Shown: piece by piece, positions 13,986 through 26,722 of the stretch
Layout of the letters: each line of letters begins with the position of its first letter
Numbering within the stretch: position 1 is the stretch's first letter
NCBI GenBank assembly: GCA_951406725.2
Contig: OX597830.1
Span: 14,942,001-15,006,000 of the forward strand
Source of the DNA: Octopus vulgaris
Taxonomy: Eukaryota
DNA length: 64,000 bases
Direction: 5' to 3'
Position numbers and translations under genes: made by a program
The notes under the pieces: model-generated
The model's database searches: none
What the model saw: only the letters and a program-made list of their open reading frames with translations
What the model was told of the DNA's origin: nothing

Positions 13986-15249
13986 TATGCAGACATTCAA
14001 CTACTCTGAACTTCAACTTAATTCTACGGTAAATTACTGACGGGACTACTGTTTTCCTATTTAATACAATGATATACTACAGAGTAAACTCTAGATTTTA
14101 ATCGATCTTTGCACGTGTAAATTAATTAATATTGAATAAAAATACTGGTGAGTCGTAAACAGTTACCTTTGTTTGTACGATCCCCCCGTTGACAGAAAAA
14201 ATGTCTGCAGCTGTATTGTGTTCGTAGCCACTATTATTAAAGGTTTAAGTACATTTCATAAACCAATTTGCATAAATGATGATTCTTGACAGATTAAATA
14301 AAATTCTGTCCCGTCAATCGTGTTCGTTTTTTCATGCTGTGTCACACGACAGAATAAATGTATAGATTTAAACCGGTGCTGCGTTTGTAAATTAATTAAA
14401 GTATTTAAATACACTGGACAGTCATAAACAACTGCTTTCGTTTTAATGTCATCTCACAATGTAGAGAAAAAGAGGGGTCAGCTTTATTAATTTAGTCTCC
14501 GTTAAGATTTCTTTGGCAACTCTTTACCCTTCCTCAACTTTGCTCATTTGGCAATATTGTGTTTATAGCCACTGTTATTAAAAGCCTTACTAAGTCCTAA
14601 CTTGGATAGACTAACTGGCATAAAACACTTAACTGGTTATTAACTTTCCCAATATCTTCCTTTTGCCTGCTGATAAAGGCTTCTAGATGTATATATATAT
14701 ATATATATTTATTTATTTATTTGCATATTGTTTTGACAGACACATAGTACAATGCGCAGAGAAGTATTTAAATATGTATTTACAAATTACTAGTACGTTA
14801 GTAGGTTCCATTTGGTTGTTCCTTACTTTGTTTTAGTTAATTTTTTTAGGGCTATTCTATCAATAATTTGTGTTCAGCACTGTACGTAATCTATAAATTT
14901 AAACACGGTTTTATATGAAATAGTTTCGTGGAAACATGAAGACTTATCCAAACAATTTCGAATCTCTGTTGCGATTTCAAAACCGATCATGTATCTATTT
15001 AAAAAATTTTCAAATCACAACCCACTGTTACTAAGAGCTGGACATACACCGATTTGCATATATAACGCATTCTTAGCAGCTACTTAGTATAATACATTAT
15101 AAATTTGTTAACTGAACTATCTAGCACGACTCGTTATTCATAATTAGTATACAAAGACAAATTGTTAACATACGCAAAATATCTAAAGTTTATGAATATA
15201 TTCTATAGTAGAGCATACTATTGAAAATACAGAATATATATATATACAG

Positions 15250-15405
15250 TGAGAGTTAACAAAATAAAAGACGAAGACGGGTGTGTAAACAACAAACAGA
15301 TGTATTAGTTTAATGCTCAGGAAGTGAGAAAGTCTTTTACGTTTCGAGCCTATGCTCTTCGACAGAAAGGAACACAGAAATAAACAGGGAGAGAAAATAG
15401 AAAAA
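15250..15405 (-). mobile_element. Family H, copy 3 (best preserved)
   Basis: Minus strand 15370-15333: ccttt-CTGTCGA-A-gagc(atag)gctc-GAAAC-GTA-aaaga. Confidence 0.75.
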
Positions 15406-15472
15406 TGTGTGTATGTGTGTGTGTATGTATGTATGTATGTATGCAAGTATATATGCATGTCCCTTCTATTTT

Positions 15473-16330
15473 TTAATTATTATAACTCTTCCACTGACGA
15501 GGGAGCCGGTTTCCAATAAAGATACAAGGCTCCATCTTTGGGATGTAGTTAACACAGACAAATTCACATTTGGAACTTGAAAAAAGTCTTGCATTTTTTA
15601 CTGTTCCACTCACAGATTGAATTTGAAATGTACGAATTCACCGATCGATTTCCCTTTTTGAAAACCCCAGTTTATCCAGATTCTCCTTTAAGAATTTAAT
15701 AACAAAACCTAGTGCTCCAATTATTATTGGTATGAATATGAATTCATAGTCTGGATATAGAAGCTGGGGGTTTCGAAGCAGTTGTCCATAGAGTTCCTCT
15801 TTTGCTTTGATTTCCAAAGAGATACGTAGATTTGCCCCTCTGTCCCAAACAACAATATCCGGTCTGTTATGTTTACATTTGACAGAAATTTTGATGGGAG
15901 TATTCCACCAGTATTCCGTGAGTAGGTGTTCATGAATGTATTCCATAACAGAGTGATTTTCTAGGTTTATTTCAGGGAAGTCTTTTTTGCGGATGGCATT
16001 GTAAATTGTTTTCGCAACAACATCGTGCCGCATAGAGAAGTAGTACCGTGACGACATTTTAGGACAGCTACTAATCACATGCGTGATGTCTTCCACAGAA
16101 ACATGACATAGCCTACACATGCGGTGCTCCTTGGGATTACAAGAGCGTCATTGTCTCTCTTGTTCACCAGGTATTTTGTGACAGTCTCCTGTTCTTGGAT
16201 TGCAAATGCATAGCCCTCAAAATGTGATGTGCTGTAGTGGTCTTGTGTCCAAGAAAAGCTGTGCTTTGTGTCAATTTTACTGTCTTCTTCAAGCTTCCGG
16301 ACAACATACACATGCATGGTCTTTTTTTCA
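15473..16330 (-). mobile_element. 3' fragment of an R4/Dong-like non-LTR retrotransposon (zinc knuckle plus restriction-like endonuclease)
   Basis: CRLC..EDITHVISSC knuckle, RHDVVAK, RPDIVVWD, IPIIIGALG; upstream EGYAFAIQEQE; frameshifts; short (TAA) tail. Confidence 0.9.
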
Positions 16331-16430
16331 ATGTATGCGTGTATGTATGTGTGTGTGAGTGTATAAAAAAATTTATCGGTGGTCAGCATATAGAAAAAAA
16401 GACCAATTAAGGTGAAAATATATATATATA

Positions 16431-17310
16431 TATAATTATAATAAGGGCATAGAAAGAAATCTTTCTAGGCCATGTGCTGAGAAATAGACGCTAAATCGTG
16501 CCGAATTCGAAGCAACAAGCCAACGGAAATTATTAATAAAATAGATAGCCCTGGATTAGCTAATTTCTGGATTTGCCCAATGGCTTTTCCTTCTTCAACA
16601 GGATACACATAGGAAATAAATTAGATATTTATACATACCCAGATGAAAACAAAACGCAAAAGCCATAAATACATATAATTACTCCAGATACCTCCGAACA
16701 CATTTTTTAGCTTGTCTCAACAACATGTGTATTCGGTCGCCATAGAAGTGAATAGAAATTTTTAAATTACAGTAAAAGAGGATAAAATTCTTGAGTGGTA
16801 AGACGATTTAGTGTTTATTTCTCAGCATATAGGCTAGGAAAATTTCTGGATATTTTCGGTTTGAACGGCAGTTTTTTCTAGCGGTGTCATATGAAATTGT
16901 CACCCATAATTATGACCCTAGCATCGATCTATTGCATTTCAATCTGTTTTAGGGTTAGGGTTAGTTAGGGTTAGGGGTGGGGGGAAGGGTATCTTTTTTT
17001 CTTCAGAAATGTAAATAAACCTAATCTGTTTCTTAAACGAGGGATATATTCATACGGCACAGAATGTTTTTCACCCCAATAGACGTCAGTGATTTGTTGA
17101 AATTGCAGAAATTGAAGGAAAAAATCCAAATATCTTACAAACTATAGAATTTTCTCAATAAAGCCAAGAGGAAAAGATGTTTTATAAACACATTCTACCA
17201 GTATACGAAGTTTAAAAGTGTTTAGTTACGTGGAAATTATTTAAAAAAACTGCCCTTCAAACCGAAAACATCCAAATTTCTTTCTATGCTCCTATTATAA
17301 TTATATATAT
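16431..17310. repeat. Inverted-repeat (fold-back) element between TA tracts, interrupted by a MITE
   Basis: 16431-16499 is the reverse complement of 16803-16847 joined to 17282-17305. Confidence 0.7.
16848..17273. mobile_element. MITE with ~30-bp TIRs, 8-bp TSD and internal TTAGGG repeats
   Basis: TIRs GGATATTTTCGGTTTGAACGGCAGTTTTTT and AAAAAACTGCCCTTCAAACCGAAAACATCC. TSD AAATTTCT at 16840-16847 and 17274-17281. Confidence 0.9.
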
Positions 17311-17610
17311 ATAAATATACATACATAGTATAGAGTCTGCTTGTTGGTAAGTAGAAAAGCATTTTAGCGTGAGTGAAAGATCATGTAATGAATACAGGCG
17401 GGTTTTTTTTTTTTTGAGCTACTTTAAGTTTCGTACTCAGAGTAGTACTCGGGCGATCTTGTATTAAGGTATCGTACACGATCCAACGATCATACTCTAT
17501 GAAAGTCAGTCCGGATGCTACACTTTTTCAAGAATGAAACTTTATGTAGCTCACGCAAAGCTTGGGTGAGTGTGTTTGTGTTTGTGCGTGCGTGCGTGTG
17601 TGTGTTGTGT

Positions 17611-17641
<31 letters not shown>

Positions 17642-18984
17642 CGTGCGTGTGTGTAGATGAGAGAAATGATAATTGCGAGATATACAGATAAATAGATAGA
17701 TAGATTAAGATAGATAGATAGAAGAGAGAGAGAGAGGGAGAGAGACATACATACATATAGTCATACACACATAAATACATATACATATGCATATATACAA
17801 ACGCATCTAGTATAATATGTAATCGATGCGATTGCTACACGCACATAAAAATACACACGCATTTGTATGTATATGGATATAGAGAGAGAGAGCGAGAGAG
17901 AGCGAGAGAGAGAGAGAGATGAGGAAAGAGAAAGAGACAGACAGACAGACAGAAAGAGATACGTACATATTTACATTATACACGCACATTTTTTTGAAAT
18001 CTATTAACGATTTTAACTTTTGTAAAAGCTGGACTAAATTTCAGAAGTTGAATAGTAAGGGTGACGATAAGCGTACATGTGGTGTATATCTACAGAGAAC
18101 GTGGCATTAGAAGAGAGACTGGGGGTGACAAAGAGAGAGACAGAGAGATACAGAAACAGATATAGAGGGTGTGGAATGAGAAAACGAGCGAGACAAAGGT
18201 ATGGAAAGAGACACATAAAGGCGGGAACAGAGAGAGAGAGAGAGAGAAGGCGACGAGAGAACGGAAAGCGAGCTGATGTAAATAAACAAATCCACACACA
18301 AGTGTATTAATTTACTTTACTTATATTTTGCATGATGATATAAATTAGAGATGTGTTGATGTAAATGACACAGCAAGCAAGCAACAAGAGAAAGAGAAAG
18401 AGGCCGAGAGATGAGGAGGAAAAAGTGGAAAGAAAGAAATCTAGGTAGAGAGAATGAAACAGTTTAGCTAAACAGATGGCATTAACACCAAATAAATAAA
18501 TAATATAAGCGACATTTTTTTCTTCCTAAAAAAGCAGATGTTTCAGCTTTTAAATCAGGGATTTCAGTCAAATAAACAAAATACATAACGTTGGTTGGAA
18601 CTGGAACTGGAAAAAAAAAAAAAGACCTAAAAAATACGGGAGGGGGAGATAATCGATATTGGTTGAATGTGAGATGTCAATGTGAGAGAGGAAGGAGGGG
18701 AGTAATGAAAGTGAAAGTAAGTCACGTGCTTAACATATAGTGTTGCTGTTTGTGGTAAGAGTCAGCGGAGGGCAGTGAAATGGAAATAGTGTGGATGTAT
18801 GTGACGGAGTCATGGAATATGCACATGTAAGTATGTATGTATGTGTGTGTGCGTATGTATGTGTGTGTGTGTGTGCGTGTGTGTGAGTATATCAATGACT
18901 TTCGTGCTAGTGTGTGAACGCTTCAAAGACTGGGTGATAGATAAATGTTGCTGATGTTTACTCCCAGGGGTGCTATGAAGGAGC

Positions 18985-19150
18985 AAGACTATGATCAAAG
19001 GCATTCCAACCGTGACCTTTCTGACTTCATTGCAGCCAATATACCTAACACTACGCTACCCAAAGTATCCCTGTTTGTTTATTTTAAGACTATAGTTGTA
19101 TGATCCTAGAGGATTTGGTTGCTATTTCTAGCAAGTCGAGCGCGTCCCTA
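18985..19150 (+). repeat. Old dispersed repeat, unclassified
   Basis: Segments such as GATCAAAGGCATTCCAACCGTGAC and GATTTGGYTGCTATTTCTAGC recur near 19375-19440, 50335-50400 (rc), 55030-55100 (rc) and 62030-62175. Confidence 0.5.
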
Positions 19151-19620
19151 GAGAAGTAGGTGAGACTATGTGACTCTATGAGGATTATGCATGAATAACT
19201 AGTTGGTGAGACGAAACGTTTGCCACTAGAGGGTAATGGTCGTGGGTGGAGATACGCAATCATTTTTTGGTCCTCGTCGGACCGTCGTTCAAATCACCCT
19301 CCATTATGTCTATTTTTTTTGTTGTTGTTGTTCAGATTTAGTATACCAGATGTGTTCTCTTTTAAGATTGCAATTTGAGGGAAATTTGGCTGCTGTTTCT
19401 TGCAGACTGAACGACTGCATAGAGACCTCTTTGTTCGCGTGTTCAAGAATATCTGCATATGATTAACGGGTGTGACATGAGTTATGTTTGGTGAGTAAGT
19501 AAATGTGAATGATTGAATGATGTCTTGTGGGTGAGTGATGATAAGCGGTATTTTGTGCGTGATGGTCAGTGAGTGAATAAATGTTACAATCATCGTTATT
19601 TGACCCCCGAACCAAACCTA

Positions 19621-20274
19621 ACCCTCTCACCTCATTGGAAAGGCCAACCCCTATGCTTATTGCGTCCAACATAATGAATGTTACGTGTTGTTGAGTATGG
19701 ATGTGTTTGAGGGAATGTTTGAGTGAGTGCTTGAGTTGTAATGACTAAGTGAGTTGTGTTTGGGTCCTCGTAACTAGCGTTCCCGTAAAAGAGGCCAATA
19801 GAATAAGTCCCAGGCTTGCTCCAACATGACCCTAGTCTAATGAGTGAAACAAATAAAAGATAAAAAAAAACAAAAGATGTGTATGTGTGTGTGTGTCTGC
19901 CTGTATTCGTCTCCCCAGGGCCTGACAACCGATGTTGGCGTATTTATGTTCCCATAACGCAGCGGTTCGGCAAAAATGAAGGATTGGATAAGTATCAAGC
20001 TTAACAAAAAGAATAAGTACTAGAGCCGATTCATTCGACTAAAAGTTCGTTCAGGCGGTGCCCCAGCATGGCCACAGTCTAATGGCTGAAGCAAGTAAAG
20101 GATAAAAGGAAACTACTGATGACGTAGAGACCCTCTCACCTCATTGGAAAGGACAACCCTTGTGTTTATTGCGTCCAACATAATGAGTGTTACGTGTCAA
20201 GGTATGTGTTGTTGAGTATGGATGTGTCTGAGGGAATGTTTGAGTGAGTGCTTGAGTTGTAATGACTAAGTGAG
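19621..20274 (+). repeat. ~135-145-bp direct repeats enclosing SINE A 3' fragments
   Basis: 19621-19753 is close to identical to 20130-20274. SINE A pieces lie at ~19765-19862 and ~19880-20110. Confidence 0.85.
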
Positions 20275-21447
20275 AGTGTTTTTTTGATAATGAATACACG
20301 AGTGTCTGGTGAAGAGACAGATGGAGAGATTGTCAAGAGGAACAAACAAAAAAAAAGAAATGGAACAAGATAGAAGATGATAACGAAGAGAAAGACACAC
20401 GGAGAAATGAGGATAGAAGCTGATGTTTGGAATGAGGAGAGAACAGTGAGAGAGTAGTGTTTGAGAGGAATGAGGGAGATTTAGAGAGGAAAACTTAGGG
20501 GAAGGAGAGGGAGCGATGGAGTGGAAAGCTTGCACTGTGTAAGAGGGAAAGAAAGAGAAAAAGTAACGTGAGAACCTGAACGAGGAAATGATTTGTGTGT
20601 GTGTTTGTGTGTGATAAACAAAAACACGTTGTGTGGAAAAATATGAAGGGATGATGTGAGAATGGTGAAAATATGAGAGAGGTGAGGGTGGGAGGAAAGA
20701 GAGGAAAATAAGAGAGAAAAGAGAAGGGAAGAAAAGAAAAGAAAAAGAGAGAGAGAGAGAAGATGAAAAATGTTAGAGAAGGAGAATATGAAGATTGATA
20801 CAGAAATATAAAAAGGGACAGAAATATAAAAAAAATTATGAATGAGATATAGGGGTGGCAATTAAGAAAGGGAATGGGGAAAAAGTAGAAGAAGTAAAAA
20901 GAATGAGATGCGGACATCAACTGATAAAGAAGGAGGATGTATGTGCATGTGAATGTGTGTGTGTGTGTGTGTGTGTGCGTGTGTGTGTGTGATAATGGAT
21001 ATATGTATACATACATATCAAAACACATACTGTTACATCAAACATGTGCTTATAACAGGTATATACAATCACACACACATACACACATGCACGCACATAC
21101 ATACACACACACACACACATACACACGCAGTTTCTCGCCTTGCATTCTCTCTCCGATGTTTAAACACCCCATTATCCCCCAACATCCAGTTTCCGGTCAC
21201 TCTGCTGTAGAGCTGGTCTTCGGAACTGAAAATTCTGTTTTCCTTCTTCTCTTTTTATCCTTGTCATTCCCATCCTCTTATCACTGTAGACAATATTCCG
21301 AAGAAAGACAATGTCCGAAAAGTCATAACAATTAACACATTCCATTTCTCTGAGCGACAAACCAAATAATTTTTATCCTAAACTTATCACGTGGTTGTTT
21401 TCTTTTTTTCTTTCGGTTTTTTTTTTGCTCTTCGCCGCACAAACATA

Positions 21448-21484
<37 letters not shown>

Positions 21485-21639
21485 GTACGTATGTATGTAT
21501 GTAGGTAGGTATGTTCGTGTGTATGTATGTGTGTATGTGTGTATGTTCGTGTGTATGTATGTGTGTATGCATACATAGAAACATACATACACTCATACAT
21601 ACACATATACATACATACATACATACATACATACATACA

Positions 21640-21672
<33 letters not shown>

Positions 21673-21859
21673 GTACATAACAAAGTAAAAGGGTGGCTTA
21701 TTAGCAATTTGAACCTAAAGTCAAAATTGACAGAGGTTACTAAAGAGACAGAGAGTTCTGGCTAGCACCCCTATTGCTAAGAAGAAAAGTTAAACAACTC
21801 AAAAACTACAAAGCATAATCTGAATGACTGACAAAGGGCGGTAAGTCCCCAGCGTATAT

Positions 21860-21916
21860 AGTCGGATCGACGATTTCGGATTTTGATGTAGACCATCTTA
21901 ATCCTCATCAGTGACT
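21860..21916 (-). ncRNA. Minimal type I hammerhead ribozyme motif
   Basis: agtca-CTGATGA-GGATTaaGATG(gtcta)CATCaaAATCC-GAAA-TCGtCGA-TC-cgact. Intact core, AUC triplet, one mismatch at the first stem I pair. Confidence 0.75.
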
Positions 21917-22092
21917 CTTAACGCCTAGGGTTAAACTCACCTAGCTATGTCAGTTCTTATAAGAAAACCTTTACTAATCAGCCACCCATTTAATATTCTA
22001 TTAACACGTTTACCGTCTTGAAAATCAGCACATTTTCAACAGCTTTGTTATGAGACTGACAGAGCTAGTTGCGTTCAACCCTAGGCGTTTTG

Positions 22093-22161
<69 letters not shown>

Positions 22162-22355
22162 ACAATTATAACAATAATGGTTTAGCTACAAGTTGCTTGA
22201 CCACATACCGAAAATTTTAGAAATAGCAACCAAAAGACTACTATTTCCTTTTTCTACAAAAATATGTCTCCACAGACAACAATATTAGTAACTCACATAT
22301 GGCAACAACAACAAAAATGAAGAAAAATAATGAAATCAAACAGTCTTCGATTAAT

Positions 22356-22410
22356 TATGGACGCACGTTTCTGGATTAGAATCATAAGATTCATTTCCTT
22401 CATCGACATA
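22356..22410 (-). ncRNA. Hammerhead-like motif, U3/C4 core variant
   Basis: tatg-TCGATGA-a-GGAaatGAATC(ttat)GATTCtaaTCC-a-GAAAC-gtgc-GTC-cata. Confidence 0.6.
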
Positions 22411-22504
22411 GGATTAAATTTCGATAAATAAATCTAGAAATGCTAGGAAAACTTACCCCTTATATTTCCGACCAAGAGTCATCGGAACATATAAAAGCTA
22501 ATCA

Positions 22505-22549
<45 letters not shown>

Positions 22550-23001
22550 GGTGATAGTCACGGGTAATTGATACGTGCTACATAGAACACTTTCTAACTC
22601 ACCTTCAAAAAAGAGTAAAGTTGTTTGCAATGCAAGTTATCAATAAATAATTATGATCTAATTGGATCTATGACAACAATGTCTACGTAGAGGAACTAGA
22701 AAGGAGTATAGGAATTACGAATATGTTACATAAATATGCGAGTGTGTGCGTGTGTGTGTGTGCGCGTGTGTGTGTCTGTGTATACGTTAATGGTGACAAG
22801 CAGAGGAAAGAGCAAACCGCAGTGACAGATAAAGCATGAATATTCATTATATAAATGAAATTACGGTCAGGATCTCATGGCCCGCAAATCCACACACACA
22901 AACACACACACACACATACATACACACACTGACACACAGACATATGCAGTGCTAGTTACAATCTAGAAGCTACGCTCATATAACGAGTATATGTACATAT
23001 A

Positions 23002-23863
23002 AACAAGGTACGATGGGTAAATTGTCGCCATTTTATATTTTTAATTTTGCGCATGCGCATTGTTTGCCTTTTATTTTGTCGGCTACAGAGTATAGTAGGG
23101 TATTTTGGGCACCATCTGTGAGAAAAGCAGCCTCATTACGCAATTCACTCTGCCAGAAATTTGGAAACGACATGCTGTACTGCTTGGCATTCGCGCCGGA
23201 AGCTCCATAACGAACATATGGTGAACACACAGAACAACCGTTGGCGCGCTGTAACTCCAAAACATGTACCGAGAGTGATAAAAATCAAACACCCAGTCAA
23301 CATCATCAACATCACAAGTGATGGCGATGTTATGATTCCTTTCATTTTTCCACACAACCTCACATTCAACACGGAAGCCTACATCAAGTGCCTGGAGGAG
23401 GTAGTGCTGTCCTGGATCAAGAGGGTGGCTACTGGAAGACCCTATGTCTGGTAACAGGACTCTGCACCACGCCACACAAGCATGGAAATCCAGTCATGTC
23501 TGTAAGACAATTTCTACAATCTCATCACCCCTAACATCTGGCCTAACTCAATAACTCCCCAGAACGCAACCTCCTTGATTATTATGTGTGGTGTGCAGTT
23601 GAGCGAGAGACCAACAAAACTCCTTGTAACACCAAAGATGACCTGAAGGCAAGGATTATGGCAGCATTTACCAACTTAAACCATCTAGAAAAGTTGCAGG
23701 AGATTCCGAAGTCGTCTGGAGGCCGTGGTTGAAACCTATGGCAATTTTATTGAAAAAAATGTACTCTTAAATATATTTTATTCAATATATCTGTTAAAAC
23801 GAGATGTCAGTGTTATTTTCGTATTTTAGTAATTTAGACGACAGTTTATTCACATCACCCTGT
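23002..23863 (+). mobile_element. Internally deleted Tc1/mariner-superfamily element, maT/DD37D-like
   Basis: Peptides NTQNNRW, FIFPHNLTFNTEAY, W*QDSAPRH, WP..LDYYVW, SRLEAVVE; degenerate TIRs, right end CACCCTG|TA. Confidence 0.85.
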
Positions 23864-24721
23864 ATATATATAAAGAATAGATATTAATATAAAAGTATTT
23901 CATAATAGAGGACTTTATTAAATTTTCATTTATTTGTAAATCTCGCTAGATTTAACATTTGACCGCGAATCACGAGACATTTCAATAAATATTATCTGCA
24001 AAAGCTCGGGTACACCTTTGCCAGGGTCATCTGACACCATTCACAATATCATCAAAACTACCCGTTATTACTGAAAGACTAGCAACACTCATTATGGACA
24101 ATCTGGATGAAGAAACAGGTACCCTAGCTCTGGACACTTGAAGAATACTTTTTTCTGGAAAAAGAGAACTCAGTAAGACTTGACCAGATTTGAGAAAAGT
24201 TTCAGAGAAGTTCTATTGGCCTAGTATTGTCAAAAGATTAACAACATATCTACTAACTAATGGTAAACTGACTGCATTGATACAATTGTCCAAAGAGGGA
24301 CATAGTACTATCGAACAGTTCTATAGTACTGTGAGTTCTATAATACTGTGGATGTTTTGGGCATGCAACAGCACTCATTCACGTCATTAATGAAGCAAAG
24401 AGAAACAGTTACACTTTTTCAATTATACGGTTGGATCACGTCAAAGGCTACTCGTGAATGAGCTCAGCTCAGCCAAAGCGCATTGAAAGACTACCAGAAT
24501 TGACGGTCACGATGTCACACATGAATTCGTGGAGGACGAAATTCGCCGTGAGAAAATTTCGACAGACTCGAGTGGGGCATTATGGGAAGATGCCCAATAT
24601 CCGTGGTCCTGTTCGTGGCAACCATGAACCAGCTACAAGAGGTAAGAGGAAAGCGGTCTAAACCAGAAATTAATGCGAACACAAGGTATCCAGTCTACAC
24701 AGATTTCATTAATAGTATAGC

Positions 24722-24987
24722 GCACGTACTTTTATAGAGGCAGCGACCCATCCACTAAGGAATCCAGCGCCACGCATCATAGAAGACATGGGTGAAACAT
24801 ACTTAGTTAGACCTGAAGCCGCAACGCCTCGAACTCGAGCATGTTAAGGCCAGCGCCATGGATCGGAAAGCATGGAATAAAATCATCATCTGAGTTCGTT
24901 ATCCAGTGGCACTCACAGCAGTGTATTGGTTGAGACGGCAGCTTCACCCTCCGGTCGCCAGCTAGGGATTGTACTTATTTACTTACT
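24722..24987 (+). mobile_element. RTE-like LINE 3' end nested in the HERO-like RT
   Basis: C-terminal pattern KTWVK..LDL....AMDRKAWNKII*, (TTAC)-like tail, possible 6-bp TSD TATAGC at 24716 and 24988. Confidence 0.65.
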
Positions 24988-25549
24988 TATAGCATACATA
25001 ACACTACCCATTCAAGGCAAACTGCGGAATTTTAAATCAGTGAAGAAGATGGCTACATGGTTACTTATGGGATTCGACCCAGGGAAAGCTTGAGTATTCT
25101 GAAAGGAATTCTAATAAATAATACTCAACATTCAAAGGTCTGAGGGTCCAACATTTCAGGAAAAAGGAACCCTATGTCTTTGGATAATAGCAGCTCTCAG
25201 AAGGACAGCTACAATGGAAAATACGTTATGATTCGACTGAACAATTGGCTCAAAATATCTTAGAATAATCAACTTCTTGGATATTTTTAAATGAGTATTC
25301 CCCAGTCCTGAGGTGAGCATGCCCCAGTTGTTAGCTGAGTATTCTCAAGTTTTCAGCTCAGTCATCCTATGCATCAAAACTTCCAAACTTCGCTTACCGA
25401 TTCCATCAGTAGCGAAAGAATTCACAACTATTGAGGAAAGAAGATTCACTAAATTACTAACCACTGAGGATGAGATAGTTAGACACTTCACGAAGGCATG
25501 AAGACCGATAGGAACTGGAAGCTCCAGGAAGCTGTGAAAGGAATTAAGC

Positions 25550-25905
25550 CAAAGTCCATCCCCTCCTCACCGTGGTGGGGGCGCTGGCAACAGGTAGTGT
25601 CAGAGCTATGCTGTCAGGAACTTCGGTTCCTGGTAGGGCCACCCAAGGCGGATTGGTCTGACACCGAGTGGTATTAGGGCCACAACCTTGCAGACGGGGC
25701 TCTGGTGAAAATCCTCGGAGTGTCTGTTTCGGCAACCAGCGGCTCCTCGGTCGTTCTGTCCCTGCGTCTGCGGACAATCTGCGGCAAACAGGATGTCTCT
25801 ACATGCGGGATTGTTGTGGACCGCTTGTGAAATTCACATATTCCCACAAAACTTCTTCTGCCTCGAGGGTGGTAGAAGAAGTCGACTCAACCCGCCCAGG
25901 GTGAA
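25550..25905 (+). mobile_element. RTE-like 5' leader fragment with structured RNA
   Basis: GC-rich. CCGTGGTGGGG..GAGCTATGC..GGTAGGGCCACCCAAGGCGGA resembles BovB/Expander 5' UTRs as remembered. Confidence 0.65.
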
Positions 25906-26277
25906 TGTCGCCACAAGTACAAGTAACTAAGTTGGTAATGGTTGGACAAGATTTGTGTGTTATTTCTTGCAAAATATTGGTTTGGAACTCAATCAACTAA
26001 AGAGTGCCACTTGCAAGCTAGCCATAGTTGCAAGAAACCGTCGATGTGACCATTCCAGTAAAGGGTTAGCTGTCCTAGTTGTTGCACCCAGTCGAAGTGC
26101 ACAGACTGATGGGTGAAACACTTGTAATTCAAAGACATCCAGCGAAGATACCAAAAGGTTCTCAGAAAAACGGTAAATTTAATCACAATCAAAAGAAAGA
26201 TCTTACTACATCCTTAGGTAGCTAGTGCAGCTTCTGCTTAAAGTAAAGCATCTCTGATGTTTATTTCACCAATATAT

Positions 26278-26319
<42 letters not shown>

Positions 26320-26359
26320 ATATAGATCTTATTAATATGTGTATATGTGTGTGTGTATG

Positions 26360-26401
<42 letters not shown>

Positions 26402-26677
26402 TTGACTAATTAATATGTGTGCATCTGTGTATGTATGTATGTATGTATGTATGTATGTATGTATGTATGCATGTATGTATACATTAATGTGTGTGTACGC
26501 AGGTACGTGTGTTTAATTATGTAATTAAGAGGCGGATCAGAAAGCGATTGTTTCGATTAAAAGCTGATGTCCAAACCATCAAGCAGAGAATGGATCTTAC
26601 CTGAAATGCCTAACGCCGAACACATACAACACGCACGCCGCATATATATATCTACTTTCACACATCTGCACACACAC

Positions 26678-26722
<45 letters not shown>

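Larger units (their letters stand above)
23995..26150 (+). pseudogene. Decayed HERO-like (R2-group) LINE with two nested insertions
   Basis: RT-type peptides KRLTTYLLTNG, GCFGHATALIHVINEAKRN..IIRLD, GIMGRCPISVVLFVATMN, DFINSI (FMDD position) and SKLRLPIPSVAKEF; many stops and frameshifts. Confidence 0.75.

Noticed and set aside
15492-15536. CTGACGA plus stem, also CTGAAGA at about 41954, as a hammerhead
   Set aside because: No GAAA after the stem; it is the antisense of the LINE 3' UTR hairpin.
17415-17460. Minus-strand stem followed by GAAAC-TTAAA-GTA
   Set aside because: Only the 3' half of a hammerhead; no CUGANGA core and no stem I.
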